Source: Ramazzottius varieornatus
Lineage: Eukaryota; Animalia; Tardigrada
Direction: 5' to 3'
DNA length: 64,000 nucleotides
NCBI GenBank assembly: GCA_001949185.1
Contig: BDGG01000022.1
Span: 235,569-299,568 of the forward strand
A model generated the notes under the pieces. It was not told where the DNA came from. It saw only the letters and a list, made by a program, of their open reading frames with translations, and made no database searches. The translations under genes were made by a program, and so were the position numbers. Shown piece by piece: positions 1 to 11,736 of this stretch (positions are counted from its first letter, which is position 1; each line of letters starts with the position of its first letter).

Positions 1-1129
1 CTACGACAAGGACAGTCATATGTCGGCACGGAAAGGGAAGGCCGTGCAGTGGGGAGCCAAGGCATACCATGTTGTACTCTAGACCGCTGGGGCTGAAGTA
101 GGAAGACAGGAGAGAGCGCTGGTTGGCCTGCGACAAGCTGAGGATATTGATAGCCGCCGCGTCCGTCAGCGCACCCCCAAAACCCAGGATCAACTGTTGA
201 CCAGCAGCAGGACCAACGGTGTAGGTGACGTCTACCTCGTCGGCCGACTCCTTCCCTGCCTTCTCACCCTCCCACGAGGTGAACGAGCCTTCGCTGACCG
301 CAAAACTGCAATCAGTCCAAAACCCCCCGATAAGACATTATCTAGTCAGCTTAGACTAGTGCTCTATATAACCGATGGCCATTCAGCGTTGACTGGAAGG
401 CCAGGTAGATGCCGGCGCGGACGGGAGTGATGATGGGCAGCTCGTCGCAGAAAGTGCTGTTGCAGACGCAGACATAACTGTCCCCTCCAAAGTGGCGCAG
501 CCCACAACTCTCTTCCGCGTACCCCTTGGGTTGTCCTACAATAGGCAAACACCCATCTTAAGACCGCGTGGCGGACTGTACAGCTTGGTTCAAAGAAAGA
601 GACGCACTATCATCCAGGACCGGAAGTTCTTTTCACACACATCTATATACCTCCATCTACGGTGGAAAAAGTAGTGCTAAACAAGGCCAGCAATGGGTCG
701 TCCATCCATGGGACACCGATCCAGATCTCAACCCTCAATACCTCACAAATCGCATGACAATATTAATATATTATACAGCAACTGTCGCGTCAATTACTTC
801 CTTGTTCGACGCACTGATCATCAGCATGCGAGTATTGCCAGATGAACCACATTCTCAAGAGAAACATTTTCTCCCAAACATTTTTACTTTAGGATAAAAA
901 GATCTTCTTGACAGATCTTTGCCAGCAGCAGGCTCTTTGAGTTCCGAGTGCAAGTAAACACAAGTTACACAAGGGGTCGAGGTACCCCACACAAACAGCT
1001 ACGTATTCAATACATATGACTGCAAGTTGGGGCCATTAATCGTTACCAGGCAAAGGTGGACAAGGGTCGCAACTTACCTGATAGAAACAATAAGAGTAGT
1101 GGTCCCAGTATTCGTAGGTGCCTCTTCAT
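1..1129 (-). CDS. GBA: Lysosomal acid glucosylceramidase (GH30), 5' part; continues off the left edge
   Basis: Exons ~1129-1078 (signal peptide MKRHLRILGPLLLLFLS, donor gtaagt), ~537-372 (CGLRHFGGDSYVCVCNSTFCD) and ~305-69 (GFGGALTDAAAINILSLSQANQRSLLSSYFSPSGLEYNM). These match the GBA N-terminus (VVCVCNATYCD ... GFGGAMTDAAALNI ... YFS) and the splice phases are compatible. Confidence 0.93.
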
Positions 1130-1592
1130 GCTTGCTTAGTGTAGCTGCACCACCAAGGGTCGTGTTGGTATCTGGTGAGGCACAGCTAGTCTCGAACCCA
1201 CTTCCGGTGATCAAAACCAGCGGATAGGTCTATAACGGTCCTTCTGCAGGTAAACAGCTCATGGTGAATACCCGTCTCGGTCTTGGTCGATCCGTCAACC
1301 TACTTAAGCTTCGTATGGTCAAGATGTCCACCACTGTGCAGATCTAACATGATCCTCTTGTTGCTTGGAACAACAGAACTGGCTCTGACCTGTAAGAAAA
1401 TCTTCGCGTTTCGCACAACGATTAGTTGTACTGTAATTCACTAAGTCAGTGTCGCACTCTTAGGAATGAGAGGACTTCTTGCCAAAGCAACCTTTGCGAT
1501 AGCTGTATGGTTAGCCGAACGGTGATGTAAACGGCAGTGCAGTTGACTCAGCTTGATCAAAGTCAGTCTTGGGGGGCGCAGTAGGCGTAGTT

Positions 1593-1798
1593 CTGTATTC
1601 CCTCGATAGTTTGGCGAATTACGTCATCATGCCAGTAAATTACACCCGCACTGGTATCTCTGATTGTTTGATTGTCAACCATCATTGCACTTACCTGGGG
1701 AGAAGTCTTTGATTGAACGTATAGATACTTTCCGTTCCCCGTCGGATTATATTTACCACGACAGTCACGTGATTCGCAGAACTTTCGAGGGAATACAG
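1593..1798. mobile_element. MITE family A copy 1 (TA-flanked, Tc1/mariner-type)
   Basis: Imperfect ~35-bp TIRs (ctgtattccctcgatagtttggcgaattacgt / acgtgattcgcagaactttcgagggaatacag) with TA on the right flank. Near-identical copy at 47491-47695. Confidence 0.85.
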
Positions 1799-2059
1799 TA
1801 GTAGCCACAAAGTGTCTACCACTGCGCCTTTTCGGGTTGGCTAGTTGCCACTCGTATTTCTGAAGAGAACTTTCTTTCGCTTGTATGGATCCTCCGTTGA
1901 AGGCTGTGAAATCGGTTCACTTAGGATCACAAGGTGGCCAGTAATTTCCGGATGATTGTCTCTGGTCAGGGCAAAGTTTGGAAGTTGCAGCGCGACTGCT
2001 ACCGAAGCGCTGAATTCATCGAGTCACATCGACATCGTTCTTGTCCGGCGTTGTGCGAC

Positions 2060-4848
2060 ATGAGACTGTGCTCGTCGATATGCGGATTCTTTGGAGGAAC
2101 CGGCTGCCGTCGCTTCTTTTCCTGCGCTAGCGGTATGTTTAATGTGCCATCTTAACGTTGCGAAGGAGTGTCCACCAAAGCAGGTGGCTGAAGTTGGTGT
2201 ATGACGTCATTGTGCTCTCAGTCGGCTTTGGCACAGTCTAAAAATAGGTATAATGTCTTTGTAGATGCGGGCGGCGCTCAACTCATCTTCCGCAGGCAGC
2301 AGTCGACAAAGCGTAAAGCCAACTCCCGACTAAAGGATTCGCAGCTACTGCAAGAGACGGATAAAAGCCGTATACGCAATATCGGCATCATTGCTCACAT
2401 CGATGCAGGTCTGATTACCCTATATAAGTTGATACGCGTACGTAGTGGCCAGGGGACGGTAGCTGCTGGGTGGAAAGGAGGGACATAGCCTTTAAGGATC
2501 AGTGTGGGGTTACAGGTAAAACGACGACGACAGAGCGGATGCTCCTTGCGGCGGGCTTCATCAGGCAGGCCGGCGAGGTGGACTCGGGGGACACGGTGAT
2601 GGACTTTCTGCCGCAGGAGCGGGAACGGGGTATCACCATCAGCTCGGCCATGATCAGTTTCCCCTGGAAGGAGCACCGCATCAATCTGATTGACACGCCG
2701 GGCCATGTGGACTTTACGCTGGAAGTGGAGCGTTCGCTGTTGGCCATGGACGGCGTCGTTGTCATCCTCGACGCGGCCAAAGGTGTCCAAGCCCAGACGC
2801 AGACGGTCTGGCGACAAGCCAGCAAGTTTGGCCTGCCCGCCCTCGTCTTCCTCAACAAGATGGACAAGGCAGCAGCCAATGTCGACAAGTGCCTGGCCCA
2901 CTTGGAGAAGAAGCTGTCGCTGAAGGCGCTACCGCTGCAAGTTGCCCTCGACGACAAAGCTCTGCACTTTCCATCGTTACTGGCCGGCCGGCCGCCACAG
3001 GATGAAGCCACAAGTGTGGGGCAAGCTCGACAAGACCTGTATGAAAGGCTGGCGGAGTGTGACGATGACTTTGCCCAAGTTTACCTAGAGTCGACGGCAG
3101 AAGACGGGGAAAGAAGGTTGATGGGTAGGTCTATGGGGAAAGTCAAGTGCATGTCTATTTGGTGTAACAGTTATGGGCTTGGTGGTTGTTGAAGGATAGA
3201 TGAGGCGCTGGTGCAGTCGTCCATTCGGCGATTGTGCCTGTCGCGGCGCATTGCGCCCGTCTTGATGGGGTCGGCTATGCAGGGTGTGGGGGTGGAGGAG
3301 CTGCTGGACGCCGTCGTGGCTTACCTGCCCGACCCGCTGTCCCTGACCAAGTCGCTGATCCAGCAGCGCCTGTCCAGCGCCACCTCGCCTTTCTACGGCC
3401 TGGCCTTTCGCAACCTTCACGACAAGTACCGCGGCTTGCTGACCTTTATCCGCATCTACCGCGGCACACTGAAGGCCGGCTCGACCCTCTACAACATCAA
3501 CACAGGCCAACGCCAAAAGGTTTGTGTGACAGCCATGGCCGCCCATGGACTAGTCATCCAGTCCCTGCTCTATTTGTACTTACAGGTGGGCAAAGTGATG
3601 GAAGCCTATGCCGACGAGTTGCGGGACGTCCGTGTGGGTAGCGAGGGCAACGTGGTGGTGGTCAGCGGCCTGAGCGCCACGGCCACGGGCGACACGCTGA
3701 CCCTCCCAGCCGCCACTGACAAGGAAGAGATGAGCTTGTTGCCCATTCTGCAGATACCCGATCCCGTCTACTTTTGCTCCCTAGAAGCCCACAGTACCTC
3801 GCAACAGCAAGCGCTGGAGGAGGCGCTGGCCATCATCCAGAAGGAGGATCCCTCCTTGAAGGTCTCGATGGAAGCCGATATAGGCCAGCTGGTCGTCTGC
3901 GGCATGGGTAACTGGTCGCCTTACATACAGCATAGCCATAAGTGTCAGCGCGAGGGTTGGTCATTATTGTAGGGGAGCTGCATCTGGAAGTGGTTCGAGG
4001 GCGCTTAAAAGATCAGTTTGGGCTGGAGACCTACATGGGCCCACTACAGGTGGCTTACAAGGAGGCGCCGACGGTGGCTGCTGACCATGTCCAGCAGGTG
4101 CAACCCCTCATGCTCTGATTCCATAACCTTTGACAGCAGCCAATGCCGTACTGCCCACTTCTCCTGTAGGCTAGTCGGGATGTGCAGGGAACGACGCACA
4201 ATGTCATGTTGCACCTGCGCCTGCTGCCGACAGCCGGCAGTGGAGCCTTCAAGCGCCTAAAGGTGCTGGCCACGCAGGAGGAGGACTGGACACTTCCTCG
4301 AGACATTGTGCACGCCGTGGAGAACGGGGTGATGGCTGCCTTGAGTAATGGGCCCTCCTTGAGCTGCCCGGTGGTGGACGTCAGTGTCGAACTGCTCAAG
4401 CTGACCACCAGTCGGGGCGTCTTACCGGCCATGGTGGCGGCCGCCGCCACCCACTGTGTCCTACACTTGCTGCGACAAGCTAACTGCCAGGTACAGAGTA
4501 CAGCCACCCCCAACTCCTTGCCGTGGCCTTGGCGCTTCAATGCCTGAACTATCATGTCCTTGCTAGGTGATGGAGCCCTTAATGTCGGTGGCGATTAGCG
4601 TCCCTATGGAGCTGGTTCACGAAGTCATTGGCGACCTAGCCAAGCGTCGCGCCCTAATAAAGGAGGTGGAAGTGCTGGACGAGGAAAGCCGAATAGTTCA
4701 GGCCGAGACGCCTCTAGCCGAGATGCTGCATTTCAGCCGCGATATACGGACCGTCACCCGTGGTTTGGCCTCACTGGAGGTGCAGTTTAGCCGCTATCAA
4801 GCCCTCACCGCCGACCATCTTCATCAACTGCAAACTCGAGCTTACTAA
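2060..4848 (+). CDS. GFM2: Mitochondrial ribosome-releasing factor 2 / EF-G2mt, multi-exon
   Basis: Exon 1 at 2060-2132 is an Arg-rich transit-like peptide ([13 protein letters not shown]...). GTPase motifs [11 protein letters not shown]|[29 protein letters not shown] and NKMD. EDPSL...GMGELHLEV and the domain V motif MEPLM follow; stop at 4848. Confidence 0.93.
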
Positions 4849-5748
4849 CCTCTTTTCTTTGATGCCTGTCCTTCTGAATTTGAATGTTTCGCTGGCTATC
4901 TGAAACTGGCGCTGTGCCTGCCTTTTTGCCGGGTTTCGACTCGCAGAGCATCTGCACTGCACGTACGGCAGATGGTCAAGACAAATCCGCGTTTATGCAT
5001 GAATCATCAGTCTGTTAAAAGATTCCAGCTGCGTTACCCATTATTTGTGATTCAGTCCTCTGGTATTCTTTGAGTCCTTTCCTCTGTATCGGAACCTAGT
5101 CTGCAAGACGGGTCGGGGAAACGGCGGGTACCATCCTGAAAGCGCATCCTCCATCCTATTCAGCAAAGTTTTCGCCATCGGAATCTTTCTGGTGCGGAAA
5201 CGGGCAATTCCCAGCTTGCTCGACGCCTAACCAAAAGCCCTTCCTGCATCAAGTCCTCGTTTCTGATTGTCGGTGTGATCGCGGCCTTGCGGTTGGCTCC
5301 AGCCAGGTCCTAGGACATACTGTATATACTTTATCACGTCTCGCTGTCCGTAACTCGTGAGCGCCTCCTTGCTGTTGCATAGTACAGCTTCGGCTCCGCT
5401 CGCTCTCCCGTCAGTTTTCCCTGGAACAGAGAGTAATGAAAAGCCACGAATTATTGACCCTTATCGATCAGAGGAATCAGGACTCTCTGACGGGACAAAA
5501 AGGAATGAATTGAGAGACGAAGCAGCAAAGTGATTCTTTGGAATTTTGAATGTGGAAAGTGGAATGTAAAAAAACCACATGAACAGTGCAAATAAACAAT
5601 GGACTTCAGCTGGAATTCCAGCCGATACTAAATTCACAGATCCACCAACAGATGCAGTGGAATTTCTTCAGTTCGATCAATCCGCAAATCAATCATGGAC
5701 GACTGCTCTTGTGAACAGCAGAATCAGAATGAGCAGATTCGTCTAGAT

Positions 5749-6119
5749 TAGAGCCCTGCAATATGCAGTACGTTCTGCACTGCACTGCATTTTACTGCAA
5801 TGCAGTGCAGTTGCAGTCGCCGAAATGGTGAGAAAATGCAGTTGCAGTGCAGTTGCAGTTTTGACAAAGTGAGCACCGTTCTTTTTTTTGCATTTTCTGG
5901 CGTTTTTCGGTTGAATATCCGTAAAACAACGACGTTTACGTTGTGTTTGACATGTAATTCCGTTGAGGGCAGAAACTCCTAATTTCTAAATGCAGTGCAG
6001 TGCAGTACAGTTGCAGTTTGCAAAACAGCAGAAAAATGCAGATGCAGTGCAGTTGCAGTTTCTGGAAACCGGATACAGTGAGAAGCGGCACTGGTTTCAG
6101 CTTCTGCTGCAGGTCTCTA
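5749..6119. mobile_element. hAT-type MITE with internal TGCAG repeats
   Basis: TIRs tagagccctgca / tgcaggtctcta; flanks gtctagat / atccagat (degenerate 8-bp TSD); dense tgcag/ttgcag subterminal repeats. Confidence 0.8.
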
Positions 6120-6389
6120 ATCCAGATTCCACAGTTCCAGATTTCTAAAGCATCATTGGTTTCTTGCCCCGTCCAGGTTACCTCCACGCTCCAGCAAGCT
6201 GCTGTGGTCTCTGCACTGTAAAGCTGCAGTACCTCGCCGTTTGCAAACGACGGCGTGCCAAAATGCCGGCTGACTCAGCAGTCGCTGTAGTTAACATACG
6301 ATAAGTGAAGAACGCCCATCAGCATTCACGCCGAAGGTCGGATAATCAAGTTATGAGCTGACTTTTTACGAGCCATAAATTTCAGAAAT

Positions 6390-6856
6390 TAGAGCTGTTA
6401 ATGGTTTGAGCCATATGGTTTGATTAGGTTTAAGTGGTCTGCATGCCAAACCGGTTAAATAAAAATAGTTTCTCCCACAAACCACTTTCCCACAAACCAC
6501 CAAAAGTGGTTTGTTCTAAATTTTAAACCAGACCAATTTAAATTAAACCACATAAGCCGCCGGTTTGAACCGGTTTGCGAACAACCTTTCGATCACCAGT
6601 ACATAGTAAATTTTGCCACAGTTTTCTTCACTTGACTAGACAACTAAAATAACCACCGAGGACAAGATACTGAGGCACAGTTGCTGGTTTCTCTACAAAC
6701 ACACGCAAACAGGCAAAACTGGCGCGTGCCGGAATTGTAAAGGCACCGTGGCAAGCAAGCCGGTAGTACAATCCTTTTTCCACCAGCAATGCTTTCCAGC
6801 ACTGTGGGAATTGTAAGGGGGTTTCCAAGTGGTCTGATCTGGTTTTGACAGCTCTA
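6390..6856. mobile_element. hAT-type MITE with AAACC/GGTTT subterminal repeats
   Basis: TIRs tagagctgttaa / ttgacagctcta; TSD tcagaaat / gcagaaat (7 of 8 match). Confidence 0.82.
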
Positions 6857-7141
6857 GCAGAAATACTCTGATCCGCATCGCGGAAGGCATTATTCTCAGA
6901 TTTCGGAGCTCTAAAGCATTCGAAAAATGCTTCCCGGGGTAATGGCTTGCTCGTGAGAGTCCCACGGAAAGGTTTGTTTAATTGATTTTATTCGTTATTC
7001 ATCTGGTTGCATATTCGGTGACGTAACGTACTCGCTCCGCCTCGATATTCGCATTACACAATCAATCAACCGCTTGCGCCTGTGTCCCACTCTCCGGCAA
7101 GTCGGGGTACAGCAGCTCATCATTGGGTCTCCGTGTAGATT

Positions 7142-8172
7142 ATGCGGACCAAGGAAGACATCCTGAAGAAGTCAGGAATGGGTTCGTTTGTAGGAAAACC
7201 TTTGCAACACTGCTCGTTGGAGACTGGATGCTTCGTGGTGGCCTTCCACACATTGGTAAGTATAGATCACCTGCTGTCGACCAGCTCAAGCTGTTTGTAT
7301 TGCAGGTTTTAGCCGGTGTGTTGTTGTTGTTCAATATCCACAATCTGGTTCTTGCTTCGGACTACATCGTCTGGACTCTCGTCGTCGCCTTCTTGCTGGT
7401 TTTTGCTGCATTCATGCTCCTCTGTGACCTTTTCCGCGTAAGTTTCTCCGTATACGTTAGACACGGCTCTTGTTCAGTAAGATAACGATAGTCCTACGAA
7501 ACATGAGGGTTCCCTGTCATTCAGACAATGCGAGACGCCAGCAGACAATGTCGGGATGTTCGTTATTTCAAGTTACGCGCGTTTCTAGCCCCCACACTGA
7601 AATTGTGCGCCTCTTGAAATAATGACATATCAAGATTGTTTGCCGGCCTCCCGCATAACATTACCGTCAGTATGATTGACCCAAAGTTATATTTGATCCT
7701 TTTCAGAAATGGCCGGAAATGCTGGGTTTCTGGATGGGAATCTTTATCTTGCTCATCACCCTACCAGATCGCAATGGTTTGCTGGCAGATATACTACTTC
7801 GTCACCCTGGACGTAAGTTGTTGGATTTGTTCAGCACGCTGTGGTTTGCTCCACTCTGGCTGTACTTTAGGTATCACATTCAATAGTACTGGCCGTAATT
7901 CTGCGTTTTCATTTCTTCCAGATGAAATACAGCAGCGTCGTCGTGTCGATATTCGCCAGCATTGTCGTCTTCGGCATTCTGATCATTTTCGACGTAAGTC
8001 ACAGTACAGCATTCATTATCTTCGAATGTTTTGCTGATCAACCGTAAGCTTTTTGGTACTGGGGAAAATATCAGTTGGTTATTCATGGCAGGTTTGGGCT
8101 TTGGTGACAGTTCACCGTCGTCGCCGTCACTTGGGTGGACGAAGACTGCAACCTGTTCCTGTCATGGCTTGA
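7142..8172 (+). CDS. Small four-TM membrane protein (LAPTM/DUF4728-like) with an apparent +1 frameshift in exon 3
   Basis: Exons 7142-7255, 7306-7437, 7707-7812, 7922-7993 and 8092-8172, all with GT-AG boundaries. N-terminal CSLETGC motif and four hydrophobic helices. Exon 3 is 106 nt; removing one C at 7759-7761 restores the frame. Confidence 0.7.
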
Positions 8173-8743
8173 GCATCTCTTCTGTTTCCGGATCGAAACC
8201 TTCAGTATTTTTTTACTTGATGTTCCTTGATTTGTCCATTGCCAAAAATACTGTACGTGCAGTTTTGTTCATTTCTTAGCCGGCTTTGTTTGTTTTTCTG
8301 AATTAGCATTCGTATTTTTCAATATTTGGTCCTTCAGTGCCAGCACTGCTCTACCGTATCTGTCACTTCTCCTTTACTCCGTTTGAGTCCTTGTTTCTTT
8401 TTCACTCGCTTAACGAAGTCGTTGTCTACTGGACATGTCGGTCTATTGTACCTCCGGTAATCTAGCTGGAAGTCATTGTAACTCTTGAACTTGTTTCTAG
8501 AGTCTTGTTCGGGTGTGACTTCGGGTTCACGAAGTATCGATCCATCTTGATCTTAAATTCCTAACCTCCATCCTCGGTAGAACTCTGATCATGGTCACTG
8601 TCGAAACTACTACAGTATCATCTCTTCCACATACATTCGCACCTGGTTTTTTCCAAACATGGTTTTTCCTCTGCACAATTTCCAACCAGGCAGGAGTACT
8701 GGATTTTGGATGACCTTTGAATTCCTACCCACTTGCCAAAATG

Positions 8744-9646
8744 CAGTGTGAGTTGACCATAGTGTAAAATGTTCTATCAATCAACAGCTAAATCAACTCC
8801 AGCTTTCATCGAACACAGCAACAAGGTTATGTCACCGATAGGTTTGGTTAAGTCTTTGATTATTGATTAGCGCTGGTGGGGAATCGCATCAGATTACCGG
8901 CAGGTTACGAGATCTTCCCGCTCTCCCGCATCCCTCGCTATCTTCGTCCCCTGTATCCCCCCTATATCCCTCCGCCTCTGTTTACCGAGTAAGTGCTTAG
9001 TTCGAGCCTTTGACGGTGGAGAGTGGACCATCTGCTAGCTAGCTGTCTGTTTCGTGCAGGCTTGTCGAAAAACCTCGAGTTGTCTCATCATTACCTTCAT
9101 CGCTCTTGTCGTCTGTCTGGCCTCTTCTGTCACCGTCAGTTCTGCTGCTGACTTTTCTCTAGAGTCTTCCCTTGGTTCTAATCCGCTCTGTGAGTGTTTC
9201 CGTTGCAGGTTAGTGGACATCTAAGCCAATCCATATCCCGCTAACCTGTTTGTATGCACGTGCGCGTCGCCGAATGGCGCATGTGTTGTGGTGCATGACA
9301 GCTAGACGATTTCGACACGAGTACGACAAGCACGTACGTACTTTCTGCTTTTGTCTGTGCATGTGCACTGTAAGCTTATGCTTGTCGCACTAATGTTATG
9401 AAGACTGAGCTCTCACGCACCACAAAACATTCCGGTGGGCCGGAGCTTTATGGTTTCGGGAGTGTTTTAACTGGTGGAAATAAATATTATACAGTTCATT
9501 TTTAGCGAACTGTGACGTCATCCTATGCTATGGGCGTGTCGAGCTTGTTCTGCCCCTACTCCAATCAGCGTTCAGACCGTTGTTCGACGTTTTCGTTATT
9601 ATTGAATTGATCTATCCACAATTTACACTATGGTCAACTCACACTG
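8744..9646. mobile_element. ~900-bp non-autonomous hAT-like element
   Basis: Perfect 25-bp TIRs cagtgtgagttgaccatagtgtaaa / tttacactatggtcaactcacactg; flanks ccaaaatg / ccaaatg(c) look like a TSD with a 1-nt indel. Confidence 0.75.
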
Positions 9647-9887
9647 CCAAATGCATCCACCACATCGTCCCGCTGTTACGTCATGTCATCCAATGACATG
9701 CATAAACGCTACAATCTGATAATCTGCCGAGCATTATTCAGCAGAAGGATCGGACTTATTACAGGATACCTGTCCCTGTTGATCATTGGTGGTGTTTCAT
9801 GTGATCTCCACCGGTTTACCACCGAGGCCTGATGACAGCACGCTTTTGACAACGTCGATTTGCCCACTGTGAATAAGGAGATAAAAC

Positions 9888-11736
9888 ATGTCGGAAAGAG
9901 ATGCAAGTTATGCAGCAGCAGCTGCGCGTGCCGCTCCTTCGCCGTCTCTCCAGCCAGTTCCAGCTGTACCTCCATTCATCGGCAGACCTTTACCGCCGCT
10001 GAAGCCTAGCCCCACTGTCAAGCGAAACGCAAAGTGGTACCATGGAGGAGTAGCAAGCGCCATGGTGAGCGGCGTTGCCCTCTTACTGTATAACCAAATC
10101 TGTATACAGTGTACGACATAAAGAAAAAATAAACCGTTGAAATGGGTGTTGGATGGAGCCAGATGGATAAAACCAATGAAATTTGCGCATGCAACAAGAT
10201 ATAGTTCTCATTGGCTGAGGTCTAGCTGCAGTGTCACGCCCATTTTTAACGGTTAATTTTTTCGTACACTGCATGAGCCTCATTCTGACGCCATTGTGGT
10301 GGCAGTCGTGCAGGAACCGCAGTGACGTCATGCGCGACTTTTGGTAGAGCGACGGTTGTTTTACTTTACTGTCTTAGTGTCGACACTCTCTAGTCTGTCC
10401 AGATCATACGTTTGGTGTCCGTCTTTCCTGTTAGACTTGTGTTTTAGTAAATCAAACGCTACGATAATCATCTTTCTACTTGCAGGCTGTGTGCTTTACT
10501 CATCCTTTCGACCTGGTCAAGGTACGTCGTTGTCTCTATCCGTGACCGAGAGAGAAATGATTTCACAGTTCGGCGTTGCACCCTTCAGTTACTGCAGAAC
10601 GATTAGCGTACACAGTACTAACCACGGAATTTCACGACAGGTGCAATTGCAAACGCAGCAAGAAGGGAAGCTGAAGATCATCCCGCTGACAAAAAGCATC
10701 GTCAAACGTGACGGCATCTTGGCCTTATATAACGGGATCAGCGCTTCCCTTCTTCGACAGGTACCAGTACTGTATAATACTCATAGCTCTGACAAAAATT
10801 ACGGAACCAGATTATGAAGCAAAATCTTATCTAAGCTAGTAACAACCATGTTTCAATTAGGGTCGTTGCTGACTCATCCCTTAAGCAAGGTCTAATCAAG
10901 CATCATGAGGTTGTTGTCGTTTCGAACGAAAAGAGGTTGGTTTTGCTTGCAGCTGACGTACTCGACAGCTCGTTTCGGCATTTACGAAGCCCTGCGGCCC
11001 AAGGATGCCGGCAAGAATCTGTCCTTTGCCATGAAATGCCTGACGGCCGGAGCGGCCGGAGGCTTCGGGGGTTTTGTAGGAGCACCAGCAGATTTAATCA
11101 ACGTCCGCATGCAGAACGACAGCAAACTTCCGGTGCAAGCTAGACGCAACTACAAGAATGCCCTGGAAGGACTGGTTCGTGTCAGCCGGCAAGAAGGAGT
11201 GGCGGCCTTGTGGCGCGGCTCTTCCATGGTGGTAGTCCGTGCTGTACTGATGACCATTGGTCAACTGTCTTTCTACGACCAAGTCAAGCAAATGCTTCTC
11301 TTGCTTCCGCTCTTTAAAGATACCGTCTCCACCCATCTTTTAGCCAGCTCCATTGCTGTAAGTACATTGGTCACAAGCCGCTCTATCGATGCAGTGGCAC
11401 TTCACCTTGCTTTGCAGGCCGGAGCCGCCACCACCATCACCTTACCCGTCGATGTAATGAAGACCCGCCTACAAAACGCCAAACCCGGAGAGTACAAGGT
11501 GTGCTGCTTCTCTGGTGGCCAATGCCACGGCGGACAACAGGTCACGGTATAAGCTTATCACAGCTATGGTTTTGTAGAGCGCCATGGACTGTTTCCGGCA
11601 GACGCTGCGCATAGATGGCCCCATGGGCTTCTTCCGTGGCTACATTCCGGCCTTTGTCCGCTTGGGCCCACAAACTATCCTAACATTCCTCTTCTTGGAG
11701 CAAATTCGCCTACGCTTTGGTACACCCGTTGCTTGA
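9888..11736 (+). CDS. SLC25A10: Mitochondrial dicarboxylate carrier (SLC25A10/Dic), ~6 exons
   Basis: KWYHGGVASAM|AVCFTHPFDLVK|VQLQTQQ, LYNGISASLLRQ|LTYSTARFG, PADLINVRMQND, RAVLMTIGQLSFYDQVKQ, PVDVMKTR and C-terminal PAFVRLGPQTILTFLFLEQIR. All three carrier signature motifs are present. Confidence 0.95.
10134..10252. mobile_element. Short foldback element, piggyBac-like MITE in intron 1 of the carrier
   Basis: Inverted ends ccgttgaaatgggtgt / acgcccatttttaacgg; flanks taaa / ttaa; internal inverted ccaatga / tcattgg. Confidence 0.55.

Noticed and set aside
1563-1808. Similar ORFs at 1563-1808 and 47356-47727 suggesting a duplicated gene
   Set aside because: The similarity is exactly the MITE family A sequence, which is non-coding.
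2395-4555. Several 150-170-aa minus-strand ORFs
   Set aside because: They lie antisense to GC-rich GFM2 coding exons.
5760-6060. TGCAG repeats as a CRISPR array or Cys/Gln-rich peptide gene
   Set aside because: There is no repeat-spacer structure; these are subterminal repeats inside a TIR/TSD-bounded element in eukaryotic DNA.
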